Origin: a bacterium
GTDB lineage: Bacteria > UBA8248 > JACPRG01 > G963555815
Direction of reading: 5' to 3'
Assembly: GCA_965218795.1 (NCBI GenBank)
Contig: OZ244653.1
Location: 2,816,001 to 2,880,000, forward strand
Length of the DNA stretch: 64,000 bases
Shown: one piece after another, positions 39,108 to 51,600 of the stretch
Layout: every line of letters starts with the position of its first letter
Position numbering within the stretch: the first letter of the stretch is position 1
The notes under the pieces: generated by a model
Seen by the model: the letters and a program-made list of their open reading frames with translations, nothing else
What the model was told of the DNA's origin: nothing
Database searches by the model: none
Program-made: the position numbers and the translations under genes

Positions 39108-40040
39108 CTGCGCTACGTCTTCCACACCGATCTGCCGGGCAGCATCGAGGCCTATTACCAGGAGCTCGGCCGGGCCGGACGCGACGGCGCGCCCGCGGAG
39201 GCCCACATGCTCTATGGGCTGGCCGATATTCGCATGCGGCGGCAGTTCATCGAGGATGAGGATGCCGGCGCTGAGCGCAAGCGGCGCGAGCACAAGCGGC
39301 TCGACGCCTTGCTCGGCTATTGCGAGGCGCCGTCCTGCCGCCGGGTGGTTCTGCTCGATTACTTCGGCGAGCGGATCGAGCCTTGCGGCAATTGCGATGC
39401 CTGCCTCGACCCGGCCGAGCGCGTCGACGGGACCGAGGATGCGCAGAAGATCCTGTCGGCGGTCTACCACTCGGGCGAACGGTTCGGCGCGGCGCATGTG
39501 ATCGATATCTTGCGCGGGGCCGAGGCCGAGAAGATCGTGCGCGCCGGTCATCACCGGCTGCCGCCCTTCGGGGTCGGCGCGGCGCGCGGCAAGAACGAAT
39601 GGCGCTCGCTGATCCGCCAGATGGTGGCGACCGGGTTTCTGCGGCTCGACATCGCGGGCTATGGCGGGCTCGCGCTCACCGGCAAGGGCCGTGCCCTGCT
39701 GGGGGGCGAGGGCGAGTTCCTCTACCGCGAGGACACGGTGGTTGCACGGCCGTCCGCGGCGCCGCGCGAGACGCGCGGGAAAGAACCCGAACATCCGCTC
39801 AGCGAGGATCAGGCGACGCTGCTGGCCGTGCTCAAGGCGTTGCGGCTGCAACTCGCCAAGGAGCGCGGCGTGCCGGCCTATATCGTGTTTCCCGACCGCT
39901 CGCTGATCGACATGGCGCGCCGGCGCCCGCGCACCGAAGAGGAGTTCGCCGAGGTCAACGGCGTCGGCGCGGCCAAGCTCGAGGCGTTCGCGGCGCCGTT
40001 TCTGGCCGCCATCGACGGCGCGCTGTCCGATGCGGGCTGA
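39108..40040 (+). pseudogene. recQ: RecQ helicase C-terminal fragment (motif VI, Zn, RQC, HRDC)
   Basis: YYQELGRAGRDG, CRR..LL.YFGE..CGNCD.C, ERFGA, VPAYIVFPD, GVGAAKL; N-terminal helicase core missing. Confidence 0.88.
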
Positions 40041-40091
40041 GCGCGGGCTCCATGGAACGGGGCCGGTATTGACGGTGAAGACCGGCTTGCC

Positions 40092-40890
40092 ATGACCGAT
40101 CAGATCGTCATCACCGAAAAATCCAGCCAGGCGAAGGATGTCCCCGTCGCCGTCGGGTTCTGTTACGGCGCCGTTCTCCCGGCCGAGGGCCATCTGCTCG
40201 ACTTGGTCGAGCCGGAGGACGTGAACCCGGCCTGGAAGCGCTGGTCGGCGGTGCTGCTGAGGCCCGAGGGGCTCTACGGCACCAAGCCGGCTTCGGGCGG
40301 CTACAAGGCGGCGAAGCTGAAGGCCATTCGCGCGGCGCCAAGCGGGTTTGGCTCGCCACCGATTGCGACCGTGAGGGGCAGCTCATCGGCCAGGAAATCC
40401 TGGAGCATTGCGGCTATCGCGGCGAGGTCCTGAGGGTGCTGTTCACCACGCAGGACGCGCAGACCATCCGCGAGGCGTTCGGTCGCGCCCGCCCCGGCTC
40501 CACGACCTGCCCTCGCCGCAGAAGCTTTGCAGCGCCCTGTTCGGCTGGTCGGCTTCCAAGACCCTGGAGGTCACCCAGGAGCTCTATGACGGCGCGGGTA
40601 AGAAGATCCTGACCTATCCGCGCGCCGAGGTGCGCTGCCTGCCGGAGAGCGCGATCGCAGACGCACCGAAGATCGTCGCCGGGCTGCAAGCCGGGAAATC
40701 CTATGGCGCCATCTCCGGGCCGTCGCCGCCGGCGACCCGCAAGGGACAGAACGGCAGCTTCCACGACAAGGGGCTCGAAGGCGCGAGCCATCACGCGGTC
40801 ATTCCCAACGTCAACACGATCGTGGATCTAGGCGATATCTGGCCGCGCCTGTCGGGCGACGCGAAGAAGCTGTTCGACGCCGTCGCGCGT
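40092..40890 (+). pseudogene. type IA topoisomerase (TopB-like), frameshifted and internally deleted
   Basis: VITEKSSQAKD, GHLL, WLATDCDREGQLIG (other frame), QELY...TYPR, SHHAVIP. Confidence 0.82.
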
Positions 40891-41061
40891 CCGGTTGTTT
40901 CAGGAAGACGCGCGGGTCATCGACTGCGGCAAGGGCCGCGCATTTGCCCAAATTAAAATGGTCCATGGCCCAAAAGAATTGCGTTTCACAACTCGTGAGA
41001 AGTACGCGTATCCTTACAGGCGATCAAATGGACAACGATTCCTGTTCGAAGCTCCGAGACC

Positions 41062-41449
41062 ATGCCGCCCCTTCCACCGCTTGAATGCCTGCGCTTTTTC
41101 GAAGTCGCGGCCCGCCGCGAGAGCTTCGCCAAGGCGGCTGAGGAGCTCAACGTCTCATCGTCGGCCGTTGCGCACCGCATCAAGGTACTCGAAGAGCATC
41201 TCGGTGGCGCGCTGTTCGAGCGCGGTTATCGCGGCGTCCGCCTGAACGGGCGCGGCAAGGCGTATCTGAAGGATGTCCAGCGCATTCTGGCCGAGGTCCG
41301 GGTCGCCACGGAACGCCGCCGCGGCGATACCGGGACACAGCGGCTGAAACTGGTTTCGGTCGAGGCCGTGGCCGAGAAGTGGCTCATGCCGAGGCTCGCG
41401 AATTTCAAGCTGTCCCACCCCGGCGTCGTCATCGAGTTGGAGACCAACC
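41062..41449 (+). pseudogene. LysR family regulator (GcvA-like), truncated by IS3
   Basis: LPPLECLRFFEVAARRESFAKAAEELNVSSSAVAHRIK HTH; ends at the IS left IR. Confidence 0.88.
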
Positions 41450-42463
41450 TGGATTTGACCCGTTTTTGTGGACACCTTCAGACTGTGCGGAGGAGGTGTT
41501 CCGATGGCGAAAACTCATTCACCCTACGCGCCGGAGTACCGGCGCCAGATGGTCGAGTTGGTTCGCTCGGGCCGTACGCCCGGGGAGCTGGCCCGGGAGT
41601 TCGAGTGTTCTGCTTCGGTGATTCGCAACTGGGTGCGCCAGGCCGACCGCGACGAGGGCCGTCGTGAGGACGGTCTGACAAGCTCAGAGCTCGAGGAGCT
41701 GCGCCGGCTTCGCCGGGAGAACCGTCAGCTTCGCGAGGAACGGGAGATCCTAAAAAAAGCCGCGGTCTGGTTCGCACGGGAGACCGGCTCGGCGCCGGGG
41801 AGGTCTTCGGGCTCGTGAGGGCGAACCAGGCCTGTCATCGGGTGGCCACGATGTGCCGGGTGCTGGGTGTCTCCTCCAGCGGGTACTACACGTGGCGAAG
41901 CCGTGGGCGTTTCAATCGTGCGAAGCACGACGAGGCGTTGGGGGGCACGATCCGGGCCATCCACGAGGCATCTGGCGGCACCTACGGGGCGCCTCGGATG
42001 CATGCCGAGTTGACGGCCAACGGGCGTCGGGTGAGCCGCAAACGGGTAGCTCGTCTGATGCGCGAGGCGGGCTTGGCCGGGGTGAGCCGAGCCGAGGCAC
42101 GCGCACTACGCGCGTGGACCAGAGCCATTGTGTGGTCCCGGACCGGGTCGAACGCCAGTTCCAGGCCGATGGGCCGGATCGGCTTTGGGTGGCCGACGTG
42201 ACCTACGTGCCGACCTGGACGGGGGTCGTGTACCTGGCCATCGTGCTCGACGTGTTCAGCCGCCGGATCGTAGGGTGGTGCATGGCCCATCATCTTCGCA
42301 CCGAGCTGGTGCTCGGGGCGCTGAACATGGCGCTGGGACAGCGCCGGCCCTATGGGGTCGTGCATCATTCGGACAGGGAGAAGACTGTACGTCCACCGGC
42401 TGTCGCCCATCTCAGGGCTGGGGACGACAGCCATAAACTGTCCACTGAAACGGGGTAAATCCA
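41450..42463 (+). mobile_element. IS3 family element, internally deleted
   Basis: IRs TGGATTTGACCCGTTTTTGTGGACA and TGTCCACTGAAACGGGGTAAATCCA; OrfA from 41504 with A7 slip site; OrfB frameshifted and cut after HHSDR; flanks AACC and GTGC show no TSD. Confidence 0.88.
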
Positions 42464-42629
42464 GTGCGAAGTGGTTGGACGCTGTCCGTCCGATGAACAT
42501 TAAGAGCGCCGAGCGCCGCCCGCCATTGCCGCCTAACCGCCTGCCTTCCCCTCGGGGCGGCCATCCTTCTCCATCGACTGCAGCGCCGCGGCCGGCCCGC
42601 GGCGCTGCTCGCGCTCTCCGACGGGAATC

Positions 42630-45600
42630 GTGAATACAGCCTCGGCTGACGGACGCGTCGCGCGGGCGCCCCTTCTGAGCATGCCGCGTTGGGTCGCATT
42701 GGTCGGCCTGGTCTTCGCGTGTTCGCTCACGACGCTCGCCTCCGCCGCTTCAGCCCAGACGATCCTCGTCAGTAATACAGGGCAATCACCGAACAATACC
42801 GACGGGATCTCCCAAGTCGGCTTCGTGCTTGACGATTCACAACACGTATACGCCCAGCAATTCAGAACGGGGAGAAACCCTGCCGGGTATACGCTCTCTT
42901 CAGTCAGTTTTAATGTCTCCGATCGGAGCAGCGATAATTCCGTAGCGGTAGCGATCTACAGTGATTCGAACGGCATTCCGGACTCTGAAGTATATGCTTT
43001 GAACCCGACAACCGTCAGCACCGGCCTCAACACTTTCACAGCGCCAGCGAATTCGGTACTGGCCGCACAAACCAATTACTTCGTCTACATACGTGCACCT
43101 GTGGGGCGATTCGCTTCAACAGGAACACTCTCGCCCGCAGAGGATTCCGAAAGCGCGCCGGACTGGAGTATCGGCAACGTCGCTCGATCTACCTCGGACA
43201 ATGGAGCAAATTGGGGCGACCCTTCTGCGGTGATAGTTCGAATGAGAATCAGCGGAACGGTCAGGGCCGCCAACACCGCTCCCACGGCCTTGAACAGCAC
43301 GGTCACGACGAACGAGGACACGGCCTACACCTTCGGTGTCGGCGACTTCAACTTCTCCGACACCGACGCGGGCGATGGGCTCGCGAGCGTGGAGATTACG
43401 TCCCTGCCGTCGTCCGGCAAGGGCAGCCTGATGCTCGATGGCTCGGCGGTGACGGCGGACCAGGTGGTTTCCAGGGCCGACATCGATGCGGACGAGCTCG
43501 TCTACACCCCGCCGGCGAACGCCAACGGCGACGACTACGCCAGTTTCGGCTTCAAGGTGAGCGACGGCACGGATGAGAGCGCCTCGGCCTACACCATGAC
43601 GATCGACGTCACGGCGGTGAACGACGCCGCGACGGGTGAGCCGGCGATATCGGGCACGGCCCGGGTGGGGAGTGAGTTGACCGCGGCCAAGGGCACCATT
43701 GCCGACGTCGACGGGTTGACGAGCGTCAGCTACAGCTACCAGTGGATACGTGTCGACGGCACGGACGAGACGAACATCACCGGGGCGACGTCAAGCACCT
43801 ACACCCTGGTGGCCGCCGACCAGGGCAAGAAGGTCAAGGTGAGGCTCGGCTTCGCCGATGACGGCGGCACCGGCGAGGCGCGGACTAGCGCGGTTTATCC
43901 GGACGGTGCGACGGTGCTGCCGCCCCCGGCGGTGCTCATCAGCGGCGCCGACGACCTCAAAACCGGTGAAGATGGCACGACCACCACTTTCCAGGTGCGG
44001 CTCGCCGCCGCGCCGGCGAACGAAGTCACCGTGACGCCTTCGAGCAGCGACACGGGCGAGGGCACGGTGTCGGGGGCGCTGACCTTCACCACGACCAACT
44101 GGAACACCACCAGGACGGTGACCGTGACCGGCGTGGACGATGCGGACGTGGACGGTGAGCAGTCTTTCAGTATCACTTTCAGGGTCGAAAGCACGGACCC
44201 GGGTTACGCCGGCATCAGCGTCCCGGCGGTGTCGGTGACCAACGCCGACGACGAACCGCTGGCGCTGACCCTCGACGCGATCGCCGGTGACGACACGGTG
44301 AACATCGCCGAGAAGGCGGCGGGGTTCGCGATCTCGGGCGCCACCGGCTCGCAGGGGGGTGTGAGTGTCACCGTGACGGTGGGCACGACGGAGCTGACGG
44401 CGACCTCGACCGCCGCCGGCGCCTGGTCGGTGGACGTGCCGGCGAACGCGGCCTACCTCACCGGCACGAGCGTGGCGGTGACGGTGAGCGCGAGCAAGAC
44501 CGGGTACACGGCGCCGAGCGACGTGACGCGCACTCTCGCGGTGGACCTGGCGGCGCCTTCGGCGACCTACACGGCGCCCTCGTCGCTGCAGGTGGGGGTG
44601 GCCGTCGGCGCCATGACGCCGAGCACCGCGGACGCCGACATCGCCTCCTACGGCGCCACGGGCCTGCCGCCGGGGCTGGACATCGACACCGGCACCGGGG
44701 TCATCGACGGGACGCCGGACACGGCCGACGCGAACACCGCCGCCGCCACGGTGACGGTGACCGACACCGCCGGCAACACCGCCACGGTCGACATCACCTT
44801 CCCGGCGGTGGCCAAGGGGGACCAGACGCTGACGGGGTTCGCCTACAGCCCCGCCACGGTGACCTATGGCGACACCGTCCCGGCGGTGACGGCGCCGGGC
44901 GGGGTGCAGACCACCCTGGCGTACTCGGCCACGCCGGCCACGGTGTGCACGGTGGACCCGTCCACGGGCGCCCTGACCCTGGTGGAGGTGGGCGCCTGCA
45001 ACATCACCGCCACCGCGGCAGGCGCCGCCAACTACAACGAGGCCACCGCGGCGTTCACCGTCACGGTGCAGGCGGCCGGGGCGCTGGCGCTGATCCTCGA
45101 CACCATCGCCGGTGACGACACGGTGAACATCGCCGAGAAGGCGGCGGGGTTCGCGATCTCGGGCGCCACCGGCTCGCAGGGGGGTGTGAGTGTCACCGTG
45201 ACGGTGGGCACGACGGAGCTGACGGCGACCTCGACCGCCGCCGGCGCCTGGTCGGTGGACGCGGCGGCGAACGCGGCCTACCTCACCGGCACGAGCGTGG
45301 CGGTGACGGTGAGCGCGAGCAAGACCGGGTACACGGCGCCGAGCGACGTGACGCGCACTCTCGCGGTGGACCTGGCGGCGCCTTCGGCGACCTACACGGC
45401 GCCCTCGTCGCTGCAGGTGGGGGTGGCCGTCGGCGCCATGACGCCGAGCACCGCGGACGCCGACATCGCCTCCTACGGCGCCACGGGCCTGCCGCCGGGG
45501 CTGGACATCGACACCGGCACCGGGGTCATCGACGGGACGCCGGACACGGCCGACGCGAACACCGCCGCCGCCACGGTGACGGTGACCGACACCGCCGGCA

Positions 45601-48600
45601 ACACCGCCACGGTCGACATCACCTTCCCGGCGGTGGCCAAGGGGGACCAGACGCTGACGGGGTTCGCCTACAGCCCCGCCACGGTGACCTATGGCGACAC
45701 CGTCCCGGCGGTGACGGCGCCGGGCGGGGTGCAGACCACCCTGGCGTACTCGGCCACGCCGGCCACGGTGTGCACGGTGGACCCGTCCACGGGCGCCCTG
45801 ACCCTGGTGGAGGTGGGCGCCTGCAACATCACCGCCACCGCGGCAGGCGCCGCCAACTACAACGAGGCCACCGCGGCGTTCACCGTCACGGTGCAGGCGG
45901 CCGGGGCGCTGGCGCTGACCCTCGACGCGATCGCCGGTGACGACACGGTGAACATCGCCGAGAAGGCGGCGGGGTTCGCGATCTCGGGCGCCACCGGCTC
46001 GCAGGGGGGTGTGAGTGTCACCGTGACGGTGGGCACGACGGAGCTGACGGCGACCTCGACCGCCGCCGGCGCCTGGTCGGTGGACGCGGCGGCGAACGCG
46101 GCCTACCTCACCGGCACGAGCGTGGCGGTGACGGTGAGCGCGAGCAAGACCGGGTACACGGCGCCGAGCGACGTGACGCGCACTCTCGCGGTGGACCTGG
46201 CGGCGCCTTCGGCGACCTACACGGCGCCCTCGTCGCTGCAGGTGGGGGTGGCCGTCGGCGCCATGACGCCGAGCACCGCGGACGCCGACATCGCCTCCTA
46301 CGGCGCCACGGGCCTGCCGCCGGGGCTGGACATCGACACCGGCACCGGGGTCATCGACGGGACGCCGGACACGGCCGACGCGAACACCGCCGCCGCCACG
46401 GTGACGGTGACCGACACCGCCGGCAACACCGCCACGGTCGACATCACCTTCCCGGCGGTGGCCAAGGGGGACCAGACGCTGACGGGGTTCGCCTACAGCC
46501 CCGCCACGGTGACCTATGGCGACACCGTCCCGGCGGTGACGGCGCCGGGCGGGGTGCAGACCACCCTGGCGTACTCGGCCACGCCGGCCACGGTGTGCAC
46601 GGTGGACCCGTCCACGGGCGCCCTGACCCTGGTGGAGGTGGGCGCCTGCAACATCACCGCCACCGCGGCAGGCGCCGCCAACTACAACGAGGCCACCGCG
46701 GCGTTCACCGTCACGGTGCAGGCGGCCGGGGCGCTGGCGCTGACCCTCGACGCGATCGCCGGTGACGACACGGTGAACATCGCCGAGAAGGCGGCGGGGT
46801 TCGCGATCTCGGGCGCCACCGGCTCGCAGGGGGGTGTGAGTGTCACCGTGACGGTGGGCACGACGGAGCTGACGGCGACCTCGACCGCCGCCGGCGCCTG
46901 GTCGGTGGACGCGGCGGCGAACGCGGCCTACCTCACCGGCACGAGCGTGGCGGTGACGGTGAGCGCGAGCAAGACCGGGTACACGGCGCCGAGCGACGTG
47001 ACGCGCACTCTCGCGGTGGACCTGGCGGCGCCTTCGGCGACCTACACGGCGCCCTCGTCGCTGCAGGTGGGGGTGGCCGTCGGCGCCATGACGCCGAGCA
47101 CCGCGGACGCCGACATCGCCTCCTACGGCGCCACGGACCTGCCGCCGGGGCTGGGCATCGACACCGGCACCGGGGTCATCGACGGGACGCCGGACACGGC
47201 CGACGCGAACACCGCCGCCGCCACGGTGACGGTGACCGACACCGCCGGCAACACCGCCACGGTCGACATCACCTTCCCGGCGGTGGCCAAGGGGGACCAG
47301 ACGCTGACGGGGTTCGCCTACAGCCCCGCCTCGGTGACCCATGGCGACACCGCTCCGACCGTCACCCCCCCTACCGGGGTGCAGACCACCTTGAGCTACT
47401 CGGCGGCGCCCGAGGGTGTGTGCACGGTGGACCCGTCCACGGGCGCCCTGACGCTCGCGGGAGTGGGCGAGTGCGTGATTACCGCCACCGCGGCGTCGAG
47501 CGCCGACTACAACCAGGGGACGGCCACCTACACGGTCACGGTGGCGGCAGCGGGCACGCTGGTGCTGATCCTCGACACCATCGCCGGTGACGACACGGTG
47601 AACATCGCCGAGAAGGCGGCGGGGTTCGCGATCTCGGGCGCCACCGGCTCGCAGGGGGGTGTGAGTGTCACCGTGACGGTGGGCACGACGGAGCTGACGG
47701 CGACCTCGACCGCCGCCGGCGCCTGGTCGGTGGACGTGCCGGCGAACGCGGCCTACCTCACCGGCACGAGCGTGGCGGTGACGGTGAGCGCGAGCAAGAC
47801 CGGGTACACGGCGCCGAGCGACGTGACGCGCACTCTCGCGGTGGACCTGGCGGCGCCTTCGGCGACCTACACGGCGCCCTCGTCGCTGCAGGTGGGGGTG
47901 GCCGTCGGCGCCATGACGCCGAGCACCGCGGACGCCGACATCGCCTCCTACGGCGCCACGGGCCTGCCGCCGGGGCTGGACATCGACACCGGCACCGGGG
48001 TCATCGACGGGACGCCGGACACGGCCGACGCGAACACCGCCGCCGCCACGGTGACGGTGACCGACACCGCCGGCAACACCGCCACGGTCGACATCACCTT
48101 CCCGGCGGTGGCCAAGGGGGACCAGACGCTGACGGGGTTCGCCTACAGCCCCGCCACGGTGACCTATGGCGACACCGTCCCGGCGGTGACGGCGCCGGGC
48201 GGGGTGCAGACCACCCTGGCGTACTCGGCCACGCCGGCCACGGTGTGCACGGTGGACCCGTCCACGGGCGCCCTGACCCTGGTGGAGGTGGGCGCCTGCA
48301 ACATCACCGCCACCGCGGCAGGCGCCGCCAACTACAACGAGGCCACCGCGGCGTTCACCGTCACGGTGCAGGCGGCCGGGGCGCTGGCGCTGATCCTCGA
48401 CACCATCGCCGGTGACGACACGGTGAACATCGCCGAGAAGGCGGCGGGGTTCGCGATCTCGGGCGCCACCGGCTCGCAGGGGGGTGTGAGTGTCACCGTG
48501 ACGGTGGGCACGACGGAGCTGACGGCGACCTCGACCGCCGCCGGCGCCTGGTCGGTGGACGCGGCGGCGAACGCGGCCTACCTCACCGGCACGAGCGTGG

Positions 48601-51600
48601 CGGTGACGGTGAGCGCGAGCAAGACCGGGTACACGGCGCCGAGCGACGTGACGCGCACTCTCGCGGTGGACCTGGCGGCGCCTTCGGCGACCTACACGGC
48701 GCCCTCGTCGCTGCAGGTGGGGGTGGCCGTCGGCGCCATGACGCCGAGCACCGCGGACGCCGACATCGCCTCCTACGGCGCCACGGGCCTGCCGCCGGGG
48801 CTGGACATCGACACCGGCACCGGGGTCATCGACGGGACGCCGGACACGGCCGACGCGAACACCGCCGCCGCCACGGTGACGGTGACCGACACCGCCGGCA
48901 ACACCGCCACGGTCGACATCACCTTCCCGGCGGTGGCCAAGGGGGACCAGACGCTGACGGGGTTCGCCTACAGCCCCGCCACGGTGACCTATGGCGACAC
49001 CGTCCCGGCGGTGACGGCGCCGGGCGGGGTGCAGACCACCCTGGCGTACTCGGCCACGCCGGCCACGGTGTGCACGGTGGACCCGTCCACGGGCGCCCTG
49101 ACCCTGGTGGAGGTGGGCGCCTGCAACATCACCGCCACCGCGGCAGGCGCCGCCAACTACAACGAGGCCACCGCGGCGTTCACCGTCACGGTGCAGGCGG
49201 CCGGGGCGCTGGCGCTGACCCTCGACGCGATCGCCGGTGACGACACGGTGAACATCGCCGAGAAGGCGGCGGGGTTCGCGATCTCGGGCGCCACCGGCTC
49301 GCAGGGGGGTGTGAGTGTCACCGTGACGGTGGGCACGACGGAGCTGACGGCGACCTCGACCGCCGCCGGCGCCTGGTCGGTGGACGCGGCGGCGAACGCG
49401 GCCTACCTCACCGGCACGAGCGTGGCGGTGACGGTGAGCGCGAGCAAGACCGGGTACACGGCGCCGAGCGACGTGACGCGCACTCTCGCGGTGGACCTGG
49501 CGGCGCCTTCGGCGACCTACACGGCGCCCTCGTCGCTGCAGGTGGGGGTGGCCGTCGGCGCCATGACGCCGAGCACCGCGGACGCCGACATCGCCTCCTA
49601 CGGCGCCACGGGCCTGCCGCCGGGGCTGGACATCGACACCGGCACCGGGGTCATCGACGGGACGCCGGACACGGCCGACGCGAACACCGCCGCCGCCACG
49701 GTGACGGTGACCGACACCGCCGGCAACACCGCCACGGTCGACATCACCTTCCCGGCGGTGGCCAAGGGGGACCAGACGCTGACGGGGTTCGCCTACAGCC
49801 CCGCCACGGTGACCTATGGCGACACCGTCCCGGCGGTGACGGCGCCGGGCGGGGTGCAGACCACCCTGGCGTACTCGGCCACGCCGGCCACGGTGTGCAC
49901 GGTGGACCCGTCCACGGGCGCCCTGACCCTGGTGGAGGTGGGCGCCTGCAACATCACCGCCACCGCGGCAGGCGCCGCCAACTACAACGAGGCCACCGCG
50001 GCGTTCACCGTCACGGTGCAGGCGGCCGGGGCGCTGGCGCTGACCCTCGACGCGATCGCCGGTGACGACACGGTGAACATCGCCGAGAAGGCGGCGGGGT
50101 TCGCGATCTCGGGCGCCACCGGCTCGCAGGGGGGTGTGAGTGTCACCGTGACGGTGGGCACGACGGAGCTGACGGCGACCTCGACCGCCGCCGGCGCCTG
50201 GTCGGTGGACGCGGCGGCGAACGCGGCCTACCTCACCGGCACGAGCGTGGCGGTGACGGTGAGCGCGAGCAAGACCGGGTACACGGCGCCGAGCGACGTG
50301 ACGCGCACTCTCGCGGTGGACCTGGCGGCGCCTTCGGCGACCTACACGGCGCCCTCGTCGCTGCAGGTGGGGGTGGCCGTCGGCGCCATGACGCCGAGCA
50401 CCGCGGACGCCGACATCGCCTCCTACGGCGCCACGGACCTGCCGCCGGGGCTGGGCATCGACACCGGCACCGGGGTCATCGACGGGACGCCGGACACGGC
50501 CGACGCGAACACCGCCGCCGCCACGGTGACGGTGACCGACACCGCCGGCAACACCGCCACGGTCGACATCACCTTCCCGGCGGTGGCCAAGGGGGACCAG
50601 ACGCTGACGGGGTTCGCCTACAGCCCCGCCTCGGTGACCCATGGCGACACCGCTCCGACCGTCACCCCCCCTACCGGGGTGCAGACCACCTTGAGCTACT
50701 CGGCGGCGCCCGAGGGTGTGTGCACGGTGGACCCGTCCACGGGCGCCCTGACGCTCGCGGGAGTGGGCGAGTGCGTGATTACCGCCACCGCGGCGTCGAG
50801 CGCCGACTACAACCAGGGGACGGCCACCTACACGGTCACGGTGGCGGCAGCGGGCACGCTGGTGCTGATCCTCGACACCATCGCCGGTGACGACACGGTG
50901 AACATCGCCGAGAAGGCGGCGGGGTTCGCGATCTCGGGCGCCACCGGCTCGCAGGGGGGTGTGAGTGTCACCGTGACGGTGGGCACGACGGAGCTGACGG
51001 CGACCTCGACCGCCGCCGGCGCCTGGTCGGTGGACGCGGCGGCGAACGCGGCCTACCTCACCGGCACGAGCGTGGCGGTGACGGTGAGCGCGAGCAAGAC
51101 CGGGTACACGGCGCCGAGCGACGTGACGCGCACTCTCGCGGTGGACCTGGCGGCGCCTTCGGCGACCTACACGGCGCCCTCGTCGCTGCAGGTGGGGGTG
51201 GCCGTCGGCGCCATGACGCCGAGCACCGCGGACGCCGACATCGCCTCCTACGGCGCCACGGGCCTGCCGCCGGGGCTGGACATCGACACCGGCACCGGGG
51301 TCATCGACGGGACGCCGGACACGGCCGACGCGAACACCGCCGCCGCCACGGTGACGGTGACCGACACCGCCGGCAACACCGCCACGGTCGACATCACCTT
51401 CCCGGCGGTGGCCAAGGGGGACCAGACGCTGACGGGGTTCGCCTACAGCCCCGCCACGGTGACCTATGGCGACACCGTCCCGGCGGTGACGGCGCCGGGC
51501 GGGGTGCAGACCACCCTGGCGTACTCGGCCACGCCGGCCACGGTGTGCACGGTGGACCCGTCCACGGGCGCCCTGACCCTGGTGGAGGTGGGCGCCTGCA

